From Antedon mediterranea (lineage: Eukaryota; Animalia; Echinodermata), in contig NC_092671.1 in NCBI RefSeq assembly GCF_964355755.1, positions 7,440,001-7,504,000 of the forward strand: a DNA stretch of 64,000 bases, given 5' to 3'. The notes under the pieces were generated by a model, which saw only the letters and a program-made list of their open reading frames with translations, was not told where the DNA came from and did not search any database. Below are positions 13,401 to 23,973 of this stretch, in pieces. The translations under genes and the position numbers were made by a program. How positions within the stretch are numbered: position 1 is the stretch's first letter; each line of letters starts with the position of its first letter.

Positions 13401-16400
13401 AGTAACTGTGGTAATAAAAGTTTTATTTAGTCTATTATATGGACTTGGATTCAAAGACTATCTATATTTGCAGTTAAAGATTTTCTTACTTTTTAAAAAT
13501 AATAAATGGACTGAATAAAATAGAAATTGCTTTACTTAAGATAACTTACATTTTTCAAGGTGATACTAGGGAAAAATCCATTAACAACGATGTGGGAGCA
13601 GTCTTGTAACATCATGTTGCGGAATTGGTCCAACAACACTCGTTTTGATCCCAGACCATACAACAGAAGATTAAAGCCATCTCTGTAGAACACAATTTTA
13701 ATGATTTAAATATTAAATGATATTAAATTAACTATAAATTAAAAGCATTAGTAGTTATAAACTGTTGTGTATAATAAAAATAATAGTGTTTATGTAACAG
13801 GACCATATAAGGAGAACTGCGTAACGATGATTAGTAATGCACGATTAGACTTGATTTACACAACCGTCACACCTCAGCAAACAGTAAGCAGTTGCCGTCC
13901 TCTTACCCTCCAGTTTCAGAAATTCAAAAAGTGACTTATTAATATTATTATATATTTACAATAATTGGTACATCCATCGATTGAAGAGTCCGCGATGCTC
14001 TCGGTACAACAGTTCTGTGTCCTCAGAATGACTAGAGGGGGTGCTGTGTAACATATTTTTCAGTTGTTGTTGACTCATTTTTGGATTCTTAAGACGGGCA
14101 AGTGTGCGATCAGACGTGACAGTTCTATCGCTATGAGCAACAAAGTAATCTTCAGCCATGTTCTCCTAAACCAAATATAATATTTTTAAATGAAAAATAA
14201 AGAAACCATAATAAAAATTGTTAAAATCATACATATTAAAATATCTATGTAATGAAATAACAATAATGGTTTTCTTTAATAGCACTTAATACAATGTTTT
14301 TACACAAAAACGATCCATAAAAATATCTAAAGCTCTGTCTACACTATAAAAAATTATGTGACAAAAAATGTGATGTTCCCATATATGGACATGATGATGT
14401 CATATCCATATTTGAGCATATCACTACCATATTTGGGCACATCACACTTTTTTTGTTCTGAAAGTGTAAACAGAGCATTAAATTAACCAAAAAAAGGATG
14501 ATGCAGAGAAACAATTTTTCACTTCTCCATTCTCCAACACTCACATGAGTTAATTCCTATCCAATAACATTTTTTTTAAACCACTCTAGGCTAAAAAATA
14601 TATAATTGATAATGTGCTGCCCTCGATAACGGTCACGTCTTCTAGACAGCCAGATAACCAAATAAGACACTAGATAGATGTACATATAGTTAGAGCATGG
14701 AGCTATAGCTCCATGGTTAGAGTTTTGTTACTAACATTTATTATGCGTCGTATCGTAGTATATTATATTGGTAAAACTGTGGAGGATTACAAAGAAAAAC
14801 ATTATCTAGACTACATTAAAAATAGCAATACAGCGTATAAACATTCAATTTAGCTGTTTAAGCAAAAAAGGTAACGTAATTATTCTAATAAAAATCTAAA
14901 TTAATATCTTTGATAGCGATACTGTACTCTTTAATTAATATAACATTTCAACAAAGGTATAGGCATCAATGGTACAATTATGCCTATGCATTAATACTAG
15001 GAATGAATTAACAATAAAACATTGTCTTGGACTATAGACTGTAATTACTAAGATAGATACTGTACATATAGCCAGTACTATAAAGTAGTAACTTGATTAA
15101 ATAGTATATATGGACCTATATATGGCCTAATTAAAAGTTAAAATAACAATTATAAATTAACATGTACTCACACACTGTGATTCTTAAATAGAGACACGTC
15201 AAAGATATAAAAAGAAATGGACTTCTCTCAGTGAATGCTACTGTATTACTAATACTTTATATAGTACAATGTACAAATTAAGTCTATGCATTGGAATGTC
15301 CAAATCTAAACAAGTGCCTTAATTAATGATAATACAGTGTGGTACCCAGAGGTCAAAACTAGGAGTAACCATGGTAACACTTAAAGTTGCAATAAATTCA
15401 ATAGTGGACTGACTACATTTTATATTAAGGATAACCAGGGAAGAGTTAATCTTCCCTGGGATAACTATACTAAGTAAATTTTTAAGGAAATTTATTTGAA
15501 GACAAAATAGATAATAAGCCTACTGTTTGTATGTCAGCCCTGGTTCTCCTCTTCATTGTGGTAGTGTTATTCTTAGACTGCTGAGGTTTATTTGCTGAGG
15601 CCTTCACTGATTCTGAATCTCGACTGCTTGTACTACTAGCACTATCACTCATATCTTCCTCGTCATCGGACACATCTTCACTTTCAGATGAGTAATCACT
15701 GTCAAGATCAACATCACGCACAGCACCTAACAAAAAAATAAAGCCCTGTCTACACTATCAAACCCAAATTGTGCCCATAAATAGACACGATGATGTCATA
15801 TCACTACCATATTCAGGTATATCACTAACATATTTTGGCACATCACATTTTTTTGTCAAACTAGTTTGATAGTGTAGACAGAGCTTAAGATTATAATACA
15901 GTAAATTATGGATATTAAACCTTTCTAATGGGATGTAAAAACAAAAAACTTTCAGGTACAGACTGAAAGAAAGCAGTCTTTTCATAGGGAGATCTAAACT
16001 TCTGTCTACACTCTCAAAGTTTATGTGACAACAAAATGTGATTTCATATCACTATCATATTTGGGTACATCACACGTATTTGTTGTCAAACTACAGTAGA
16101 ACCTGTGTTTTACGTACCCTGATTTTACGTTCCCTTGATTTTACGTACGCTTAAAATAACCGATGACGTCATCATTTTCTTACATTGAGGGCGCAATTTA
16201 ACAACAACAAAGCACACAAAGCCACAATCATGGCTGTGTGTGGAATTCTGCTGTGTGTTTGAGTCAAGCTACGCACGTGCAGCGACTGTTTTTATTGATA
16301 GAAAATACAAGAACATTGATATTTTACACTTTATTTAAACATCTCACAGCCTGTATATACTGTACAGTACTGTATTTTTCTAGTTAGGCCTCGCATCTTG

Positions 16401-18461
16401 CTAGGCCTGCTAGCCTGGCCTGAAAGTCTAGGCAAGGCCTAGCTAGTGACAACCTACATGCTGTTCAATAAAGTAGACAAACAAGGTAGCCTTTATAGCT
16501 ACGATCTCTACGTATTTGGGGTAAATTTAAGGTCAACCTTGATTTTACGAATCCTTTGTTTTACGTACGCCTTTCGATCCCGTACCGTACGTAAAATGGA
16601 GGTTCTACTGTAGTCTGATAGCGTAGACAGAGCTAAATGGGGAAGGGGACAGCTGGCCTATCCATAAGTCCTAACCTCTTCTAGCAGAACGTCTTGTTGG
16701 TAATTTTCTGGTTGCTGGTGTCTGTGGTTGTTGCTTAGTTGACTTCTTCGTTGAGACGGGTTTCAGAGGTGTGGTTTTACTTGTGATTGGTGTGCAAGTC
16801 TCGGCAGCTAATTTAGCCATTTGGCCTGCCCTCTTTGGTGTTTTGAACTGATACACTGCGCTGCTAACTACTCCTCGTTTACTGTCTTCTTCATAACCCT
16901 CTACAAGCACTGTATATACAAAACAAAACATTTATTAATGTGGTTTAGTGGTTAGTATCAGGCGTGGATTTAGGCAGGGGCTTAACAGGCTTTAGACCCT
17001 CTAATATTTAACAGCTATGTCTTTTTAAAATAAAATTAATACTATTTTCTGCAACCCGACAGATCGTTTTTTTCATTTATGAAATATTTAGCTCTCCTCC
17101 ACCCCACCCCTGATCTATAATGCTGGATCCGCTCATGAGTATTCAACATCGTAAACATGAGTAGGTCCAAAGGACAAACAAATATTATACATGTTTATTT
17201 TGTCAGGATATTTTTTTTTTTTAAATGGGAGAAATAATTTTAGCAGGACAGTGGGAGATGACAGAAAATATCGGGATATTCCAGCAATTATCCTAATAAT
17301 ATTAGGGAGGTCTGAATTAGTATTCAACATTTGCAAATATGGAACAGAATAAATTAATTTTGGTTAGTCTGATTTTTGTTTAAAGCATGTCCACACTATA
17401 AAGGGTGCTATAACAGTTTGAACAATATATCAATCGTAAACATGGGTAGGTCTAAACAGATTCTATTAAGAGTCTAGTTGTAGAAGTTACACATTTTATT
17501 TTGTCGGATTTTTGTGTGTTTTTTTTTTTAAATTGGAAGAGATCATATTTTAGCAGGATAGCAGGAGATGACACAACATATCTGGATACTCAATTATCTC
17601 AAGATTTGGGAGGTATGAAAAATGATATTAATATATTTCTAATACAAACCAGAGAAAATCATATTATAAGTTTAACTGCCAGTAGATAAATTATTTATAA
17701 TTCACCTGATGGAGTGTTTTTATGTTTAAGCTTGTTAACATCAGTTTCTTCATCACTGTCACTGGATTCAGAGTTTGAGGGAAATTTGTTTTCTCCATCT
17801 TCTTTATATGAAACTTTTTTTCTGGTACTTCGTTGAGGATAACTTGGTTTAGCTAGTTTTTGAACTTGTGAACGAAGCTTTCTTGTCTTCTTTTCTGTCG
17901 TTTCTGTTTGAAAATGTTAAATAAATAATATTAATAATAATATAATATAAATTATAAATAATTTACAAACTTTGAGACTCAACATAATAGACAAGACGTC
18001 AGCAGTGTGTGTTCTAAATGCGAAAGATGGTGTTTTTAAAACAAAATCGTGCTTCAAAATAGAAATAGGTGATCACTAGAATCATGTAATTTACATTGGA
18101 GCCTACTGTAGAAAATACTTAGGTAGGCCCAGGTTTGGCCTGCTCGCTCTTCTCTGGCTTGCAAGGATTGGGACCTAATAAAGGACCTAGCTAGGCCTAG
18201 CTACCTGGTCCTACTAGTACTAGTAAGTAGGCCTTAGTTAGTAGGCCTTTAGCCTAGCGGGAGGCCTAGGGCTAGGCCCGGCGGGTTACATTATTTATGA
18301 AATATCGACTAAAATGTATTCATTTGTTCTATTATCGCCTTGTAATACTCACTAGCAACTGCGTCGGTCAGGTTAATATGGTTTACTATGTCACAATCAG
18401 AAACAAACGTCAAACGGTTCAAAGAAACTACCGGCGTTTCTTTTTCACTGGGGGCTGCCAT
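10497..18461 (-). CDS. ORC2: Origin recognition complex subunit 2 (586 aa, 12 exons)
   Basis: complement(join(10497..10580,10975..11093,11351..11412,11895..12066,12719..12856,13270..13372,13550..13682,13960..14165,15524..15726,16676..16909,17706..17903,18353..18461)); 1761 nt, all introns GT-AG, frame continuous. Motifs: [96 protein letters not shown]. Confidence 0.96.
10643..10817. mobile_element. Hairpin MITE in the last ORC2 intron
   Basis: Inverted repeats TAAGGTTTATCACAAATAG/CTATTTGTGAGAAACGTTA and GCATGATGGGAAGGGTTTCGGAGCAGACGTCA/TGATGTTTGCTCCCAAACCCTTCCCATCATGC. Confidence 0.65.
14331..14477. mobile_element. MITE family A copy (PIF/Harbinger-like; TIR AGCTCTGTCTACACTATCAAAC; TAA target duplication)
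   Basis: TAA-AGCTCTGTCTACACTAT ... AAGTGTAAACAGAGCA-TTA with the family-A internal motif ATATCACTACCATATTTGGGCACATCAC. Confidence 0.75.
15742..15885. mobile_element. MITE family A copy
   Basis: TAA-AGCCCTGTCTACACTATCAAAC ... GTTTGATAGTGTAGACAGAGCT-TAA; lies ~15 bp from an ORC2 splice acceptor. Confidence 0.85.
15998..16634. mobile_element. MITE family A copy interrupted by a nested Tc1/mariner-type element
   Basis: Left part 15998-16093 ends ...GTCAAACTA; right part 16611-16634 reads TAGTCTGATAGCGTAGACAGAGCT. Confidence 0.75.
16094..16610. mobile_element. Non-autonomous Tc1/mariner(pogo)-type element with TA target duplication
   Basis: TA|CAGTAGAACCT ... AGGTTCTACTG|TA; subterminal (GA)TTTTACG(T) repeats near both ends. 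Confidence 0.8.
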
Positions 18462-18561
18462 GTTTAAAAAAAAAATAAACATAAGATAGAGGGCGGGCCA
18501 GAGTTCCCGTTTTATTTTTATGTTGCAGTTGTGTAATAATAGTAAACAAGTTGTTTAGACC
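18462..18561. promoter_or_regulatory. Bidirectional promoter / 5' region shared by ORC2 and ZNF830
   Basis: Divergent start codons (ORC2 ATG at 18461 on -, ZNF830 ATG at 18562 on +) are 100 bp apart; the spacer contains AGAGGGCGGGCC (GC box / CTCF-core-like). Confidence 0.75.
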
Positions 18562-21500
18562 ATGATGGCATCTAAAAAGGTGGATATTCGGCAACTTATG
18601 AAAAGGCAAAAAGTGCAAAACAGCTTATCATCTACAAAAAAAATAGATTCTCCGTTAGCAAGATATCCTTTTAAAGTGTTTAATTTAGTTAATTCATAGA
18701 ATACATTAGATCTAATCTAGGCCTCCTAGTGTAGACTCTCTGCCAATATGGTGGTAGCGGGACGTTTTCGGCCCAACAGTGGGCCGAATCGACCACACCA
18801 AACCTGGGCAAATTATATTTCCTTAATATAGCCTTACATATAACAGTCTTGGACAGTTATCATGTAAAGTATGTAACATACAAATCAAGAGTGAAATTCT
18901 ATGGAAAAGTCATCTACAAAGTAGAAAGCATAAAGAGGTAATTTAAATAAAAAGTGTCAGTCTTTTTTGTCTCTTTCATCTTTTTCTTTACTCATTTTAG
19001 ACGGTTCCAGGACGATTGGTTAAGGAAAATTTTCTATATGTTTAGTCAAAATAAACCACAACAACACCACTCAGGAGAGACTCCTTTTTTTGACACAAGA
19101 AAGACAAGCTGTGTGACCCAAACACTGCAGACAATACATAGACTAAAGCTATAATTTAAGAAAGTGACTACATACATGGTCTGACTTACTGACCAATGGC
19201 ATGGGGTCAAACATTTGTGTATTAATTTTTTAATTTTTTATTGGCATAGTTAACCATGCATCTAATGTTGCATATTCTATCAGCATGGTGGAGGAAACAA
19301 CATTTATTGAATTGATGAATTTGATCCACAGTTGAACATGCAGATAGGCTCCACACCAAATATTAACCATGCTGATAGATATAAAATACACTTAATAGCC
19401 TCATCTCAAACTTAGGCCTTCAGAAAGGAGGATTTATAGAATTGTTAGGTGAATCTATTCTTTTTTGCAGAGTCTTGAATTATTAAAATCAGGTAAACCT
19501 CAAGTAGCAACCACTCCAGCAGCAGCAACCAAAAACAAAGCAAAGCAAGTATACCAAGAGGAACCTGTAACAAAGAAAGCTAAAGGTGAACACTAACAAA
19601 TGAATTTTTATAATACAGTATAAGAATGACAGGACCTTAGCATTATGAAGAGGCATAAATTAGAAGTAGACTGGGTGCACAGTAGTGTACACATACAATT
19701 TGACTGATAACATATAAAACAACCAGTCTTTGTATAATTTTTAGTCAATACATGTATATAATTTCCAGATTTCATAGAAACATTTTATTAATCTTTTAAT
19801 CTTTTTTTTTTTTTAAACATTAGTTGAAGAAACATCAAAGGGGTAAGTTGTATAATGTGCTTTCTAGTATTCAAGCTAATTACTAATTATTTAAAAGATA
19901 CTGATTTTATTTGTATATCAATACATAATATTAATATAGTGTTTATTTTCCTATAGTTTACCTGCAGACTTTTTTGATACTGAAATAAGTTCATCGGACA
20001 CAACACAAGCATCAAATAACAAAAAATTACCTGATGGTAAAGACATTATCATTATCTTAATTAACATTAGGGAGGTTTCACAATCTTACGAATACGATAA
20101 CGAAAACGGATACGTCACGCACACGTATTTGTTTTTCGTAAGCCAGTAAAAATCTGTTTCGCATGGCAACGAAATATTGAGGGCGCCGTCCAAAATATGA
20201 CTGCGGTAAATTTGAGCGAAGGTGCTTGGCTGCCTAGGCCTAGCGTAACATCAAAGCGAGTAAGGACTTTAAAAACTGCTATTTATCAAAATTGAACTGG
20301 CATTTTAATAAATTACTTTAGTAAATTACTTTCAATAAATCTATAATTATGTTATAATCATTAATCATTCCTGCAAAATGTGCAAAATAGATAAAAAACT
20401 ATACTTGTTTTGTAGTTACGAATATGACTGGTGATATTCTTCAACACGAATACGCTTTACGAATATGAAATGGGGATCAGCTCAAAAGTTTCACAAATGT
20501 GTGACGTATTCGTTTTCGTTATCGTATTCGTAAGGTTGCGAAACCTCCCTAGTATCACTGATTTTATCCACTTATTGTTAGAACAGAGTTATGTTCTCAA
20601 TCAATAACAAATTACCTGATGGTAAAGACATTATCATTATCTTAATTAACATTATCACTGATTTTATCCACTTATTGTTAGAACAGAGTTATGTTCTCAA
20701 TAAAAGAAGCAAATTTGCCAATTACAATAGAAACCCTATTTAGAGAAAACCCAACAAATTTTGTTGAGCTTGAATCTAACCTAAGCTATTTTAGAGTTAC
20801 TAGTGAGGTTGTTATACCTGATAAAAACTGTTTAAAAGACAGTTCTCTAATACATCAGAGTTTCATAAATTACCCAACACTGTAATTAATCTGGTGCAAA
20901 ATGTGTATTATAGTTCATAGTTCATATACATTTATTCAGTTATTATTAAAATGACTACAATTAATTAATTAGCATCATAATACCTATCACTACCATCACC
21001 AATACATACTCCACCTTTTAAAATGCATTTTAAATATCTGTTTAGACTTTTTTGACTCAAATATCAAACCTAGTAGCCAACCTGAAACGACAACCGAAAA
21101 AGATGTACAGCCAGAAAGGTATGTTCCATTTTAAAGAAGGGATTTCTATTATGATGATTGTTAACAATCTAACTTAACTATCTTAAAACAATAATTTTGT
21201 ACATTTCTTTGCATATTTTTGTTTAAATTTTTGTTAACATGTTTTTTTTCCAAGTTCAAAAACCATGGCTGAAGCATTACCAGAGGGTTTCTTTGATGAT
21301 CCTGACATGGACGCCAAAGTACGTAAAGTAGAACCAAAGAAAAACATAGACGATGAGTGGGCAGAGTTTCAAAAGGTCATGCAACAAGAACAACAGGTAT
21401 GTATGTTATCCTGAACGTCTTTTTAGCTTTACTGATACTACCATAAGCCTACTCTAAGTGGTGTGGTTGAATGGTTAAGTTTGGACAAACCTGATTTTCT

Positions 21501-22549
21501 CACAGCACAACTTAACTCCTATGCCAACTACTGTATATTATAACATTACAAAATACATATTAAGCCGGATTCTTGCATCTAAAATTTGCAAATAATAGTG
21601 TATGGTATTTACAAATACTGTTTGAATTAAAGAGAAATAATTCATCGTATTTTATATTTCCAAGGTTTCAGAGGCCATTCTTGAGGAAGATGTTGATGAG
21701 GCCCAGAAAGAAAGACAGATAGACGAGATTGATGAACAAATGTAAGATTTCATATTATTTACATATTGGCTTGCAGTATGGACAGAATTTTCAAACCACC
21801 AGACTCGAACCCTCAGTTTTCATAGTAACTCCACCATTCCTCTGTGTGCTCACTAACCATAAAGTGATTGAAATTGACCCAATTATCTTTATAAAATGTA
21901 ATCAGCTATACCTGCCAACTCTCACACATAGTGCACGAGTCTCACACACGAGGGCCATTCTTTTATGCCTCGTGCATACATGGCTATTTCTCACACATCC
22001 ATAAATATATTCAGAAAAGGCATTATTTTGGAATTAACTTGCCTATTTTAAAGGAATAGCCTAGGACTACACATTATTTAATTAATTTGAGCATAATTAG
22101 CCTAGGCCTACAGTATGTGTTTTGTATTTTATGGTTAGTACAGGAAAGCCAATTCAATTTGCAACAAACTAAACATAGAGAGGATATTTTGTGAGGGCGC
22201 TACATACAATTTTACTTTAATGTATCATGCATTGGCCACTGAAAAAGTTAGCAGGTACAAGCATACACAAGGTTTTTTTTCTCATGAATAAGGTAGACAT
22301 GGTAAACCTATTCTATAACATAACATAATTGCATCACAATAACAACTTCTGAATGATTCTCATTCTGTTTAAAGTACAAGATGGAAGAAAACAGACATCC
22401 TACGTGACAAACAAGAAGAACTAAGGGCAAAAGCAAATGAAAGGGATTCCTCATCAAAAGACAATGAAAATGTGGAAGATGATGATGATGACGACGAAGC
22501 AGATTTTGAAGAATTTTTAGATTGGCGGTCAAAAGAAGCATGGAATTGA
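18562..22549 (+). CDS. ZNF830: Zinc finger protein 830 (CCDC16/Omcg1), 293 aa, 9 exons
   Basis: join(18562..18662,18838..18937,19471..19585,19824..19842,19957..20036,21046..21118,21255..21396,21665..21741,22375..22549); 882 nt, frame continuous. Motifs: [40 protein letters not shown] (C2H2), [42 protein letters not shown]. Confidence 0.93.
18663..18837 (+). other. U12-type (minor spliceosome) AT-AC intron 1 of ZNF830
   Basis: 5' splice site ATATCCTTT (U12 consensus), branch site TTCCTTAAT at 18819-18827, 3' end ...CCTTAC. Removing it joins SPLA-R-YNSLGQL in frame. Confidence 0.93.
20070..20549. mobile_element. MITE with ~50-bp TIRs, TA-flanked, in ZNF830 intron 5
   Basis: GGGAGGTTTCACAATCTTACGAATACGATAACGAAAACGGATACGTCAC ... 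GTGACGTATTCGTTTTCGTTATCGTATTCGTAAGGTTGCGAAACCTCCC. Confidence 0.85.
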
Positions 22550-22754
22550 AAGTGTCATTCATCCATGTTAAAGTGGTATAAATGTAAACATGCTGAAAAG
22601 ATTGTACTATAATGCCCAGTTCTTGGAAGCTTTGCTCATCTATGGCTTTAGATTTCACATGTCTGATACTAATACAACTTACAGAGATCACCAGAATATC
22701 TTCGATATGGTTTTTCAATGATGATTAATAACAATCATTGCAATCTAATTTGAA

Positions 22755-22889
22755 CAGCTGCAGTGAATCTATTGCACAGCTGCAGTGAATCTATTGCAGA
22801 GCTGCAGTGAATCTATTGCACAGCTGCAGTGAATCTATTGCACAGCTGCAGTGAATCTATTGCACAGCTGCAGTGGATCTATTGCACAG
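22755..22889. repeat. 22-bp minisatellite (CAGCTGCAGTGAATCTATTGCA) x6 in the probable ZNF830 3' UTR
   Basis: Six near-identical tandem units read directly from the sequence. Confidence 0.95.
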
Positions 22890-23973
22890 AGGTTGATATA
22901 TAATAGTATAACTATTACACAGTATATTATTTGTTAAATTTCAAATTAGGTCCATTTTCAAATAACGTGTTTGATCAGACTACATGCAACCCACTGGAAT
23001 TGTCTAAGCCCAGGCCAGGAAAGTCAATATCCAAACATTGCCCTGAAAAGCAGTTCTGTTATCTGCCTGTTATATGAAATGTAATATTATATATCAATAT
23101 AGGCAGACCTAGCCAATTACTATTCTTTTTAAATAAATTCAAACAACTTATGTTTTTCTTTGTATTTGTTTTATTGCAATCTACAGCTTTATGCAATATA
23201 TATATAAATACCCATTATACTGATATATATATTTTTTTTATACCCTGATTTTTTTCTAGTTCTATTAACATAAATATATAAAACCACTATAATATAAAGA
23301 TATATAATATTTTATACATTGTATTTAAATTGTATTATTACAAAAATTATCTTGGCCATTTTACTAATGTAAAAATATACATAAACCCTTAATATTAGTA
23401 CTGATGCTTTTCATACTGTATATACAGATTAAAAAATGTACATACAATTATTAGGCTAAAAGTAATGATACACTGTAAGAATATCCATATTTATACATTC
23501 TGTTTATGTAAGATTCATATATATATATATATAAAATGTTATTTCTCCATGATATAATACAAAATTGCTTAATTTATAATTTGTTATACTGGAAGATTTG
23601 TTTAAATATCCTTGGAAAATAATTTATGTACAGTATTGATTTTATAAGTTCAACATTAGCTTAAATTATTACATAATAAAATTACCCTTGCAGCACCAGT
23701 ACCAACATTTACCTTATATACACGTTGGTACAAGAAACATAGAACAAATTGCAACATCGTTTTGGATTAGCACTCTTTTGTCCTTGATTAACTATCGTTG
23801 AGGTTGAGATCCAAATAATAGGGCTGGAATAACTGGGGCCCATCAGGCACAAATGAAGACAGATGAGAACTGCCAAGTACATATAATTGGCCTCATGTTG
23901 ATAAATGAATAATATAAATTGTACTCTCTAGTACAAATGAAGCCATGCCATGTTTTCAGCCTGTAAAAAGTTC

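Noticed and set aside
22308-22718. 136-aa ORF on -
   Set aside because: It is the antisense shadow of the acidic last ZNF830 exon and its UTR.
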